Shown here: piece by piece, positions 39,870-52,860 of the stretch
How the letters are laid out: each line of letters begins with the position of its first letter
How positions within the stretch are numbered: the first letter of the stretch is position 1
Source of the DNA: Klebsormidium nitens
Taxonomy: Eukaryota > Plantae > Klebsormidiophyceae
Assembly: GCA_000708835.1 (NCBI GenBank)
Contig: DF237251.1
Coordinates: 1-64,000, forward strand
DNA length: 64,000 nucleotides
Reading direction: 5' to 3'
Translations under genes and position numbers: made by a program
Notes under the pieces: generated by a model
What the model saw: only the letters and a program-made list of their open reading frames with translations
Database searches by the model: none
What the model was told of the DNA's origin: nothing

Positions 39870-42800
39870 ATGGCTTCTGCTCTGTCCCCTGCCGTTGTCA
39901 CATCCTGCAGCAGCGCTTTAGTACCCTCAGCAAAGAGTGGTTTTGAGTCTGCCTCCATATCTGATGGCAGGAGGACCTTTGCGTGCCATGTTGGCCTCAG
40001 GAAGGTACAATTGAACTCTGTGATAGTCCCAACAAGGCATGAGCGGGCCGTCAAATGCCAGGGGGTGCGGGCAAAGGATTCTGAGCCTGGCTTTTTTCAG
40101 AAGATTGGGACGGCAGTGCAGAAAGCAAACAAGAAGGCGCCAGAGCCAGAGCCAGAACCCAAGGGGACAGGCTGGTTCAAGCTGGGGGCCAACAAGGCAA
40201 CCGGGACGCAGAAAGTTTCACGAGGCACAGGCACGGCTGTAAAGAAGGGAACGCAGCTGCAGAAGGCCACTGGTACCGGAAAGACCGGCACCACACAGAG
40301 ATTTGCGGCTCTTGCCCAGACGTTTGTGCAGCGGGCGAAGCCTACCGATCCAAAGACTGTGTTTGTGAGCGGGGCCACTGGGCAGACCGGAGTGCGCATT
40401 GCCAAAGAAGTGTTGGCAGCGGGGCTGAATGTGCGCGCGGCTGTGCCTGATGCCGAGGAAGCGGACAAATTGCTGGCATTTGCCGTGCAGTATGAGGTGA
40501 GGGTCTTGTTGTTTGCAAGGCAAGGCGTCCAATGTCTGGGCAATGCATGCTATGCAATTTGAGCTCATCCGTTCTTTTTGGCACATTCGCCATAGGTCAT
40601 TGTGCTTCGGCACATCGTGCTTGTTTTCTGAGCATTTGTGGGAAGGCAATCAGTGACCGATGTTGCCACATTGTGGCCACTCTTATCATGTAACGTGAAT
40701 AGCAATGAAGCATACACTCCGCAGTCATTGGAATTTTCCAGGTGACCATCAATAAGCTAAGCTTGATTTAGCAAGCAGACGGTCGTAGTTCTGTCCTGAT
40801 TCTGCTTTCTATACAATGTGGCTCTGACCTTTTCGTTCGTTTAGAGGGTGCAACAGCCCAAGCCCTTCTGAGGAAGGGTCGGAAAAAATTCAGTCGTATC
40901 TCATGCATGCCACTAGTGGGCATGTCCTCCAAGGCCAGAATGCAAAAAGCTGAGGCCTAGATTACCTGCAGACTATCGCTATCCCTTTCGCAGCAGCCAC
41001 ATGGATGCTTTTCCAGAGGCTTCCAAGAAAGATGTCTGCGAGGCCCCAACCAATATTTGAGTTAGATCACTTACAATTCTGCAAGCATGAATTGAAACCG
41101 GGACTGAACCATTGGACTTTATACTGCACACTATCTTTTTCACTGAAGGCCATTGAACTGCCTTTTGGCATGCAAAAGGCAGACAGCATACCTTTGGAAA
41201 ATGAGAGAAGGTTATGGTGCATCATGCTCCACATAGTGCACTTAGGTCATGCTTGTAAACCGCGTTTGTGGAATGAAGACCAGTGGTCGCCCCTTTTCCT
41301 CACTTGGCTTCCCATGCTTGAATCTCAAGCAACCTGTTTTGAGAATGTGGGTATACCGTGCCCCTCCCCTGACTGTCCCGCACTTCTGTTTTCGTAGCTG
41401 ATCTCCCGGGAGGAGGCCAAGCGAGTGAACATTGTGGAGTACGATGTCACCGACGTCGACTCCATTGCGGAGTCCATTGGCAATGCCGGCAAGGTTGTGC
41501 TGGCTCTCGGCTCCGCTGAGAACGGCCCACGTGGAAAGATGAGCAATCAGGACGCGCTGCGAGTCCTGGAGGCTGCCAAGCTGGCCAACTCGAGCCATTT
41601 TGTGCTGGTCTCCTCCAAGGGGGGGTCGAGTGGCGGGGGTGGCGGCTTTTTCAGCGGGTTCTTTGGGGGGGGCGGCGCAGTGAGTGACAAGGGCCTGTTA
41701 GACAAGCTGGCGGAGAGCGGGTTGACATACACGGTGGTCAGGGCGGGACCGGATGGCGAGAGCGAGGGAAATTTGGTCGTGGAGGCAGAGGGGACCGCGC
41801 TGACAGGGAAGGTGAGCGGTAATGTGGCCCCAGGGGGTGACAGCCATGGAGAACAATGTGGGAAAGCGTTAGTCCCTCACCTGGGGTTGAAGTCGTGGTA
41901 CTAACCGAATTGGAGGGCCAATTTGCCCATACACTGAAGGTAGACCACATTGAACAGTAGAGGAAGATGGAGAAAGGTTTTCTGAATGTCATCACAGACT
42001 GCTGTGGCTTGCACCTCTACTTTTTTGATGGTAAGGTGTTCGGCACTGTGATTCCTGGCAGCTAGAGGGTAGCAAACACTTATCCATCTACTTCTAGATA
42101 TGGCCCAAGACCACATTGAGGAATCTCCAATTGTACTCTCTTTGCCTCTCAGGTCTCCAAGTCCCAAGTGGCCGAGGTGGTGGCGGGGGCGTTGGCTGAC
42201 CTGGAGGTAGCAAAGAACAAGGTCAGTCAGAGCCCCAGACTGTGCATATTAGAGGCAATGGGAGAAGCTGCAAGAATGGTACAGGCAGTTTTTGCAGCCC
42301 AGCCGCGCGATCGACTTCAACAAGTGACATTGCAAACGGGCCAATTGACGCCTTCTGTCAGGCCATGCATGAGGCTGTGGCTGAAGACTGCAACGTACAG
42401 GGTGCCTTTCTGTCATGTATCTGGCATGCCAGAGTGGACTAACAAAACACGTTTCTGGTGTGAGGCGAGTCCCTTGTGGCCATTTCTGCTTCCACACCCA
42501 TCTGCTACTTTTGCCCAAGTGGGGAGTCTTACCTTCTCTGGTGCCTGCAGGTGTTTGAGGTGTCCAGCAGCGCCGAGGCGCCCAGCAAGACCATCTCCGA
42601 CCTGCTCAGGTGAGCGCCAGCCACCCTTTCTCTGATTGCTCTGATTGGTGGCCCTGCCACCCCTTCTTTGATTTGCGGCCCTGATTGCGCGAGCAGCAAA
42701 GTAGATTCGAGTGTCGTCCGGAGGCCCAACTGTGGCTTCAGTGAGGCCCTCTGCGACTGAAGCACGAGTTGATGCGATATGGAGGGGCGTACCTGCGTGA

Positions 42801-44979
42801 TTTCACAGTGGAGAGAGATTACTTCGATGCTGGTTGCTGGCTGGCTGGGCCATCGATCTCTCCTGGCCGTAGCTGCACTTTCTATCTTGAGTCCACAACT
42901 GAGAAGACTGGGCTGAGTATCTAGCATTAATGCAGACCCAGGTGAAGTTTTGTGTGCTTTGCACATTTTGTGCTGCGAGTCCTGTGCCCGGCTGTGGTTG
43001 TTGCTTGTCAACTGAGTCAAAACAGGAAGGGGGGGAGGAGTCTTCCATTATCCTTCTGGAACTTTCAGAAAGGCAGCAGGTTTTGGAGAAGCATAAGTCG
43101 TTTGGAACACTTGATGCATGGGCGCCATGAGGACCTTGTCACTGCATCCAACGGAGATCCCAGCAGTCTTACAGTCACTGCCTCATTTCACGCAACAGAA
43201 AAGCCACATTGAAATTTCGAAGCCCTAAGCTAAATGTCTTCCTGGCAGGGAGCTTACAGAGCTTCTTCCAATTGAGCAAGCAAACTAACTGAATACTTTC
43301 TCTTTTACACGGGTTGACTTGCTGAAGCTCACCTTGTCCCTTTCTCCACAGTGCTGTCTCTGAGGACGGGCGCTACGGGGAGGTGATTGCCGCCAAGAAG
43401 GCTGCAGAAGAGGAGGCGGCCGCTGCGGAGAAGCGGGCGCAGGAAGCGGAAGAGGAGGCCCAGAGGCGCGCACAGGCCCAGGAGGCAGCGCGGGAAGCAG
43501 CAGAGGAGGCCTCCGCGGCAGAGGCGCGCAAGAAGGAGCTGGAGCAAGAGGCCAAGCAGATGCAGGCCATCGAGGCGCGTGCGGCGGCAGCCAGGGAGAG
43601 GGCCCGCGCCAGGGCCGACTCGGCAGGTGAGCGAGCGGTTGGGGTTGAGAATTTGATAACGTTGACGAGGGCTAGAAGACGAGGCCTTTGAGCTTGATGT
43701 CTCTGGAAAAGCTTTGCTTGGGATGATTACATGTTCTGGTTGAAGAAAGCGTCCTCTCAGAAGGGTGCAGGACACTGCTGGTGGGTGAGGGCTGGCAGGA
43801 TGAGCTTTGCCGAGGATAACACCTGGCACAGCAGTGCGCACCAGTTGACCCCATCATAAGAGCAGTCACAGCTGTTGAAGGGAGCGCAGCTGTAGGATGC
43901 AGCGTACAAGAAGCAACTGCAAGATCTAGGCTGGATACCCGAAGCTCAGGCCATGAGTTTGTGCAGACTCCGAGCGACTCGAAGTAAGCGGTCTGTAAAG
44001 TATATTGGCGCAATAGCTCGTCAGGCAAGGACAAGCTGATGATTTTTTGGACGGCCCCAACTTTCTTGTGAAGTTGGGTATCAGTTGACGCCTTTTGGGT
44101 TCAGCTAAGCACACAGTGCAGAAGTCTTGCGACTAGGTCGAGGACTGGCCGCTTCGATGCAGGGGTCAGGTCATGCACGGCTAGATGGTAGGTGTACTCT
44201 GTCAGTAAGCACACAATCTGTGCTTTGCCCTGTCGAAAGAAGACAACATTTTCGCCCAGACTAGATCGAAGCAATCCGAACGGAGTTCTTGCAAGCCAGG
44301 CTTTAACAATTGTTGAGCGTTTAGCCTCCAAGTCGACAATTTTGAGTGGTTGATGACAGTTTTGAAGGTCGGCTCACTAGGTGCGTCCCCGCATACAGGC
44401 ACGGCGGTGCAGACCGTGGCTGCCAAGGCCGAGCAGATGAACTTGGGCCCTCTCGACGCATTTGCCGCACCCTCCAAGAAGGGCGCGCAGTCGTTCAGCT
44501 TTGGCTCACTCTTCAACAAAGCGGAGGAGGGGGCCGAGGACGCCGCCGAGGAGGTCAGAGGAGCGGCCAAGAAGGTGGCGGGGCGCGCCAAGGCGCAGGT
44601 GCAGCCAGCGGTGCGGAAAGCGGCTCGGAGTGAGCCCGTGAAGGAGGTCAAGAAGGCCGCGGGGGGCTTCAATTTCGGGTCGTTGTTGCCGAAGAAGGAA
44701 GAGGTGGTGGAAGAGCCGGTTAAGGAGGCGAAGAAGTCGGCCTTCGCGTTCGGGTCCCTGCTGCAGAAGAAGGTGGACGAGGGGGCCAACGGGGTGGCGG
44801 CCAAGGTGCAGCGGTCACGGCCAGCGGCAGCCAAGCAGGTGGCGCGAGTTGGCTCGCAATTGAAGAAAGCGGCCCCTAAGGCCCCCGCGCCTAAACCAGC
44901 GGCGGCCAAGAAAGGAGGGAAGGGGGGTTTGTTTGGAGGGTTGCTACCGAAGGAAGACGAGTATCTGTACGAAGACTAA
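39870..44979 (+). CDS. PTAC16: Plastid transcriptionally active 16 (TIC62-like NAD(P)-binding Rossmann protein; 6 exons, about 675-680 aa)
   Basis: Exons 39870-40496, 41398-41811, 42153-42221, 42551-42609, 43352-43626, 44381(or 44399)-44979. Ser/Ala-rich transit peptide, TVFVSGATGQTGVRIAKEVLAAGLNVRAAVPD, SIGNAGKVVLALGSAENGP, and C-terminus LFGGLLPKEDEYLYED, matching the recalled pTAC16 layout. Confidence 0.88.
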
Positions 44980-46743
44980 GTTGCATGGCAGCATGGAACG
45001 AGTTGCGGGAGGCCTGCGCAAAAGCGGGGCTCCCGGTTTTGTGTACTCTACATGCAAGGCTTTGTGTGGGCTACAGTCGACGTGTTTGGCCAACTGGCAG
45101 AACAAAGAGTGTGTACATTTATGTATTGAGGCCGTTGAGATTGGGCCTGCCGAGCTAGGGAATTATTTGCCTAAAGTCGTTGTAAGTCGCGCGGAGTTGA
45201 CCACGCTTTGAAGCTCAGCGTCTCAGATGTACCTCCTTGACCGTTTCTGCACGTAAGCGCAGCGTTGGGGACAGCTCTAGGAAGTGGCGCCACAAGCCTT
45301 GACCCTTTCAGATATGTCGTTTTCTGGCCCCCATCATTCAGGATTCAAAGCTGCAAGGTGCAACAAGCCTGGAGGCGTGGTTGTCTTAATACTCAGTACG
45401 TACGATTCCTGTTCGACGCGCTCCTGTGCCTCTCATCATTTGTAATCGATGCCAGTATAGCGCGGCACATCAGGTCTCCGGCGGTAGCCAGGCTGAGGAA
45501 GTTAGACATGTGACTCTTATCCATTTCCCGTGTCGGTTGTGACATGATAGCCAACTTACCCAGCTAGCCACTCATGCACAATGAATTTCTTGTACGTATA
45601 TGTTCAGTTGCTTTTTGCATGTGACTGTATGGTGCGCGGCGCGCGCCGGCCGATCAAACATTCGATATGACCCATGCAGCGTTTGCAACCTGCATATATA
45701 TGTACTGAGCACGATCATGGCCATGCGCATGGGCAATGTACGTACACTTTGAGCATGACGGTCATTCCTCAGGCTAGTGGCACAAACGTGAATTCAATTA
45801 TGATCTATAGCAGCTAGAGATAGATATAGCTCTACCGGTCGGACAGCATGTCCCGGCATCCGAGTCGCGTTGATGCTCACATGCACATTATATTCTAAGT
45901 CAAACGCAATGGGACCGGCCAGTCCTTCGAACTTAGTCTGGAGATTGTGTCTTGCAAGCAGTTGTGATCATTTCTGACAGGACTGTACAAGGACTACTAG
46001 CAGCTATCCCTAACTGCCTACTAGTTTCAAAACTACCAAGCTTCCAAGTTCCTCCCTGACCGATAGCATCCTCCAACGTGTCATTGTTGATACGAAGATG
46101 GCACCTTATGTCACAAGATGAACTATCAGTCCTAAAGATAGGCCGCCAATGTGACCAGTCTCGTATATACAATTTGAGGCAATTCGAATAAACTAGGCTG
46201 CAAGCGCCGCTTGAACACGTTAGTCAGGTGGCTTCCATGTAAGTGCTAAAGTGGGACAATTCAAGGCCCGTGCAATTGACCTTCTCAGAACCAGTCAACA
46301 TACTGATCCCGTTTTTTTGGAGTCCTTCGCGGCTTCCTGTCCCTCCCATTTTCAAAATTAGCAGTTGCGATCAGCATCTCCATTTGGTATTGAACTTCGT
46401 CCGAACGTTCACCTCTTACGACAGCACTGCATCACAACAATCTACGGTCAAGGATTGAAGAACTTGTCAAAGTTTGATCCCTTGACACCCAATATTTCGC
46501 CTGCCTCTATCACTTTGTTATTGTCTGCACTCTCCCCTCGTTAAGGCGCATTCACCCTCCACAAACGTACACGAATCAAGTAAAGAATTTCGTCAACCAA
46601 GTGCAACCCTTCGAGCTCAAAATGATTTTGAATAGTGGGAGCTCATTCTAGCTTAAACCAGGCAACAGATTCAGCCACCAACTCACAATACCGCAGATGT
46701 ACATCTTAGTCCTATGAAAGGGCTTTCCAGACCGTGTAAGTGT

Positions 46744-48817
46744 TTAGAGCTTGATTGGATTCTTACAATGAAGACGTCGAGCGTCAAAGTTGGACTTCAA
46801 ATACCATCCGAGCAACTTCAAGCCGAGGAGCAGCTGCAGGATGGATTCTTTCGAGTAAAGCCGCGGGGCGATGGCAGCAGAGAAATGAAAGCTGCAGTCG
46901 GGTCCCCGGGGTCTCCATTCGAAATATACTACATCCACGCGTATAATCCTTCAGATAATACAAACAGGGGACGAAGCTCACGTGATCGACTTTACTGAGC
47001 TGCTTAAGAAAACATGATCTGCTCGATAGGACTTGCGAATACAGGCAAGGTGTATTCGCACGCACCTCTCCATCAGCTGTTCGAGCTCCAGCCGTTGGTC
47101 TTCCGTGACAAAATGAATGCAGGTTTCCGGGCATTGGCCGACAGCCATCTGAATATTGTAGTCATCGTCCCCACCTACATGTGAAGAGGCCCCGAAGCAC
47201 ATGAGAGAATTTCACAGCCGTAAGTCAGTGTCTGCCTTCTTCGAGAACAACAATCGAAACCCCCGATTTGAAAACAGCCGGTTGACAATCGATACTAAGA
47301 AGGGACGAAGAAAGAACGCCTCGTGTCTCTCCCGTGCAGCTAGCTTGCGGATTGCGTACCTGAACACCACCAAAACGAGCACAATCGGAGAAGATGGAGC
47401 CCTTCTCCTCTTCACTGCTACCAATCAACACGCATGAAGAGAATTCCAAGATGGCAGAAGGGTGTGACGCGTTACCTCGATTCGTTGCTCGGGCTCTCAT
47501 CGTCTCCTGGGCAAAGTAGAACGTTTTGGGTGCCTTGCGGACGCAGCTGTAAGGACACTGCGGTCCGATGCACCTAAACTCGTTGACGAACACACTGACA
47601 GCCGGCCCATCAGGCTCTCTGAATGGCCCTCGTTCCTTTCGTAATCGTATCTGCTCCCGATCATCGTCGTCGATCAGAAGCTGCGAGAAACGGGACCAAA
47701 AAGTCAGTTGCAATCACACCTTTGGGTTGGCTGGTCTTCTTCAGCCTACAAAACACCAAGTGGACAACAAATCAAGTTAGAAGATTTCAAAGAAGCTGCA
47801 CCTTTTGTTGTGCTTTTTGGTATCGGATGGGGCACTTTCGTGAAAAACAATGGGTGTGTTCAGGTGATGCAGCTTCGAATACAATTTGAGTCAAAGATCT
47901 TGTCTATGAGATGCCAAGAAGTCTTGGAGGATGAGAAGAGCTTTCAAAGAATGGGGGCAACTACTTACCTTGTAAGCTCGAATTAGTCGATCCGCTATGA
48001 TGTTTGCATCTTCTACCCCACTATAAACGTCTGGATGATACTCCTTCATCTGCAGGACATGTGGTGTCAAACAGTCAAACAGCCAAACAGTTTGTATCAT
48101 CGAGGTTCGGCCCCACTCTGCTTGCTTGTGGGAGTTGAGCAGGAGGAGAGAATACCAACTGACTGTTGATTGAAAAGGAACCTGCAATGAAAGTGCTCCT
48201 TTCGAGCCGCAGAAGGATACCCCAAAAGGACTTTATTTGTGGCCAATTCACAAGGCAGACTCTCTGTTCCACCTTGTGATTGCAGGGAGAAGTCGGGGAC
48301 CCTATGTGACGTGTTTGAGTACAGACTAGACCGACAACCTTGCGACGACTACTCCCTTTGCCTTCTTCTAGGAGACAGCTCAGTAACCACAACCTCACGA
48401 GTACATGCACCAAGGGCGCCACAACAGCAGGAAGGTCCTATTTGGTGGTCAGCTCACCAGATTCCTGTATGCCGCCTTTATGGTCTCAGCGTCGCTGTCC
48501 TCAGACACGTTGAGCACTTTGTATGGATCTTTTGACCGCCAATTGGCTGCAACTGGACCACCGTCGCCCCCTTGTTGAGCCCAGCACAAAGCTTCTTTCC
48601 GCAACTTTTGGCGCCCTACTTGATTAGCTGGCCTGGGCTGCAGACGACCACGTAATCTACATCCTAAGAGGCCTGGCATCCAACCAGTGCCGCAAGGACC
48701 AGCTTCAGAGCACACAAAGAGTAGAGCCCTGGAAGCATAGGCTTTGGTTTCGACATGGCGACTCACAAGATTTAGTGGACACGTGCGCAACACTGGATTC
48801 CTGCATGCGGTCTGCAT
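46744..48817 (-). CDS. DJC82: Chloroplast DnaJ-ferredoxin protein (J domain plus Fe-S ferredoxin-like domain; DJC82/CDJ5 type)
   Basis: Exons 48817-48458, 48049-47969, 47680-47476, 47174-47066 and a last exon ending at 46744 whose acceptor is uncertain. J domain DPYKVLNVSEDSDAETIKAAYRNL-MKEYHPD; ferredoxin-like VFVNEFRCIGPQCPYSC...DYNIQMAVGQCPETCIHFVT. Confidence 0.82.
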
Positions 48818-49108
48818 TCTTGCAATGCTGTCAATCTGGCAGGCAGCGCGTTTCTTTATGCAACTGTCCGTCACGATATCCCGACTGGAAAGGGGCACTG
48901 TGTTCGGAAACCTGTAGAAAAGGAAGCAATCACTAGAATCCTGCAGAACTGACTTGACGCGCAGCTGTTAGTTCTGGCTTGACAGCTGTTGTCTCCTCCC
49001 TCCTCAACTAAATTTTACGTAGGGGGCGAAGCTTTTTTAGTGCGCTTCCTAAGCCTCTTCCAACAGCCTCGGCCTCATGCAGGCTTTCGTTTGTTCTTCA
49101 GCCCCCTC

Positions 49109-49185
49109 AAAACCCTAAAGGCTAAAACTCGGAAACCCTAATAGTAAAAATAGAGATTGTCAAATGGAGAAAAGCTTTCTGGGCC
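49109..49185. promoter_or_regulatory. Two telo-boxes plus a site II motif in a divergent promoter
   Basis: AAAACCCTAAA at 49109-49119, AAACCCTAA at 49133-49141 and TGGGCC at 49180-49185, between ATGs at 48817 (-) and 49231 (+). Confidence 0.5.
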
Positions 49186-49230
49186 TGTTTGGCGCCACAT
49201 TGTACAAGTCGTTTCTGCTTCTTCGACGCA

Positions 49231-52200
49231 ATGGTGCTGTCTTCTGCCTCATCCGGGCTTAGTGGTTGTGCAATTCTAAACAGTTGCCTCTCTTTCCTTC
49301 TTTTATTGCCTGTCCTGGGAGCCTCGCAATGCAATGCGCTTGCGAGCGGAGCTGAGCAGCTCAGCCAAAAAGCAAGGCTGTTAAAAGATTCGGATGACGG
49401 GCCTGTGATTTACAGCTACGAGATTGTGGCCACATACCCTCATGATCCGAAAGCGTTCACACAGGTAAGATTTTCCTTGTCTTGACTTTTGTGTAGGTTC
49501 ATCGTCTTTTGAGATTTCGATGTTTTTAGTTTTGATTGGATTGCTGACCCTCGCATCCGACAACAATGCTGGGATCTCTGTAGAACCCTTGTCCTTCTGG
49601 CCCAACTTGGTCCGTCGACTTTTGAGTTCATGGTGGCACTTCCATTCATAGAGTGTAGACTGAAAATCTGCAGTAGCTGAAACTTGTAGATCCTGACACG
49701 CAAATGCAGGGTGGAGCATGAAAGTTACTGAGCTTGAGCAAGCTTGGACTTGATTTCAACCTGCCTCCAGAGAGGGTTCATGGCACACAAGAAACGTCTG
49801 CCTTCTCGGCCATGTTTGCAACAGCAACGTGCTATCTCTGTAAGGCTCACGGCGAGAGATCTGTGCTGGAGACAAGTTGTACCAAACTACTCTCGTAACC
49901 ATGTGGAAAGGAGCGCTGGCTCCTAGTATAACAAAATGCTACCTCGTTCCTTTGTGGTTTCAGGGCCTGCTGTTCCACAAAGGGGTGCTCTATGAATCGA
50001 CGGGCTTGAACGGAGCCTCCTCCGTGCGGGAGGTGGAGCTTGAAACAGGGAATGTAAGCCGACACGGTAGCTGTTTCTGCTCTTCTGGGTTTTAAAAGAC
50101 TCTAAGAATGTACCTACATGATCACCCCATTGGCATTCCACTTCCCCGCGCTTGTCAGGAACCTGAGATTCATCATTGTTGTCCCTGCCTCTTTGATTCT
50201 TCGCGTCTCTACTAGCTGTCCACCCTCCGTGACAAGGGGGTTCTTGTACCTGTGTAAAGAATGTCCAAGAAGTCAATTTCAAGTAAGTTGGCTTGTTTTG
50301 GCGATGACATCCTCGTTGAATCCTTCAGTTGGGTTACAGCGCGATGCGACAGGGGGGAGAAATGGCATGTGCCCCTTCCGAATGCGTAGACTTAAGATGC
50401 TGATTTCACATTTGTGCTTTACATGCCAGGTCATCAAGCAGAGGAATCTGGGAAGGCAGCACTTCGGCGAGGGTCTTGCACTTTACGGAAGAAAGTAAGG
50501 ACATCTGACACCCACGTGTACTTAATATAGTTTCGCTTCTTCGATGTCTGGCTGAGTGAATCTGGAGCACAACAGACGATTCCTCAATTTGCAACCTCCA
50601 AAAACATGCCCTGCTCTGACAGTTCCCCAACTTGAGCTTCTTCAGCAAGTCATTGTGGGACTTAAGGATTAAACCTTGTGAGATGTCTGATGTATGCAGG
50701 CTATACCAATTGACTTGGCAGACCAACAACCTTCTGTCCTATACAAGGAGCACCCTTTCCCCAGTGAGTTCAGATAGATTTAGATTTTCTTTCTCAACAT
50801 GCTACAAACTGCAATGCTATCATCGTATGAAATTCTCGACTTTGGCCACGAGTCCGCTGGAACATCAAGCAATTGCTGGTCTTTTGGCGGCTTTTTGGAT
50901 TCCGATGTTCTTCTGGATCATTTCTATCGAGGCTTAAACGTTTGGCAACTCCATCATTGACCTGATGGAGCAGGCTGCAGAGTGTGCTCTTCTGACAAGA
51001 CCCACTTTCAGATGAATTGAAACAATTGTTGCACCACTGCGGTGCAAATGGTGACTTGTCGTTTTCGAGTTCAAGCAAGCTTTGCATCAATTTCATAAGC
51101 CCGATTTAATGACTCGACTTCTGGCTGCAGGCAGCTGCGCTGAAGACGCCCCTCAACGATGGGTGGGGCCTGACAACTGGGAACGGCACTTTCGTGGCAA
51201 GTGATGGAAGCGCAAACATCTTCTTTCTGCACCCGACGACCATCGCAGGTGACCTACCGTTCTTTCACGATCGGAAAAATTATGTACACAGGGGGGATAG
51301 CTGTGGATTCACCGACTCTCCTGTCTCTTTCATATGCTTGGTGGTGTCATGGAATTGTAAGGAGGGGATTCAGCCGAAAGCGGGCCATCGAGATCTTTCT
51401 TGTCCACGGAGTCAGGACAAGTACAGGTTGGAACCAAGGTCTAAGGCAATGTCGGTTTGAATACGTCCAGGGCACACAAGTCTGGCTGCTTCAAACCTCT
51501 CCATGTTCATGGATCAACAATGTACAAGCACTGCGCTCGCATCCTAAGGCTGATTACTGAAACCCCTGTCGTGGGCCTACCCTGCAGCGGTCCGTCAGGT
51601 AACAGTAAGGGATAACGGCCGGGACGTGGGATACTTGAACGAGTTGGAATGGGTAGGGAACGAGATCTGGGCCAATGTCTGGCAGGTGACCGCCTTTTCC
51701 ATGTTGGTCTACTCTGTTTCGAGAACGCGTGGAGGCTGGCCTCAAGAGCTCAAAAGCATGGCCTGTTATCCTTTGAATAGCAGCTACTCCGATATCTCTC
51801 TCGCTTTCTGCGGGCTGTCTGTGAACAAATGATTGATACGTTTGACAGAGTGACCAACTCTGGCAGTAGGGTCAACGCACTGGTCTCGCCGTCAAGACCA
51901 GCTCTGCTTCAAGCAGCTTGCGAACGGGCACTGCAGGCAGTCTGGCCTTTTGGATCCTCTTTGATGCACGTTGCCTTTCGGCTAGGAGTACCTGCCAAGG
52001 TTCTTTTCAAAGACGACTTTTGGTAATGCGCTGTCCCTCATGTTGCAGCGGGAGTGCATCGCCAGAATAGATCCGGAAAGTGGCCGAGTTGTGGGGTGGA
52101 TAGACATGATTGGCCTTACAGCTCACGCGTTTGATAGAGCCAATGGCCAGGTAAAACCTCGAGGCGTCTCGATTCGCACCGATCTGGTTGGAACTTTTCT

Positions 52201-52860
52201 GATCAGGGTAAAATGGATTGGTTACAACATTCGGAAGGCGCCCCAACTTCCTGTGATTGACTTCGAATCACTGCTTTGCCTTCGTTACGTCAGACCCTGT
52301 ATCAATCGTCTCTTGAAACGTTGCTTCATCTTTTTGTTCCAAAATTGGAAACAATTCTTTCAAGCCCGAGGCAATCTTCTGTCATACCAGAAGGAAGCAG
52401 CGCCGAGAGGTCGTAGCTTGCTCCGAGCCTTTGTCATAATTTTATCTACCTTCGAATCCGAGGCCCATTACTTAGGTCTCTGTTTCCGAGTGCAGCGGCT
52501 GGACGTTCTGAACGGGATTGCATATGACGAAGAGCACGAGAGATTGTTTGGTAAGCATACAGTCCTTCTTGAACCTTCTTGATGATGCGCACGGCTAGCA
52601 ATCGCTCTCATCTGTGAGGACTACGTGGAATTCGACTAGTAGCTTCGCTTTGATCATGAAAACCCGAAGCAGGACTTCACGACGGGCGCTGATTACAAGC
52701 AACCTCATGTATGCTGATTGTCTTATTTTGCTTTGGTGCAGTGACAGGAAAGTTCTGGCCGTTACTCTACGAGATTCGCTTGAAAAAAGTTTCTTCTCCC
52801 CCTGATACGGAAATTGAGCGGATCAGATCATTGTGCATAGTGACGGGAAAGCTCCTATGA
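49231..52860 (+). CDS. QCT: Glutaminyl-peptide cyclotransferase, plant/bacterial beta-propeller type (9 exons, about 314 aa)
   Basis: Exons 49231-49464, 49964-50053, 50430-50494, 50700-50763, 51131-51248, 51588-51685, 52049-52150, 52496-52550, 52742-52860. Motifs [66 protein letters not shown], with an N-terminal hydrophobic stretch. Confidence 0.96.
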
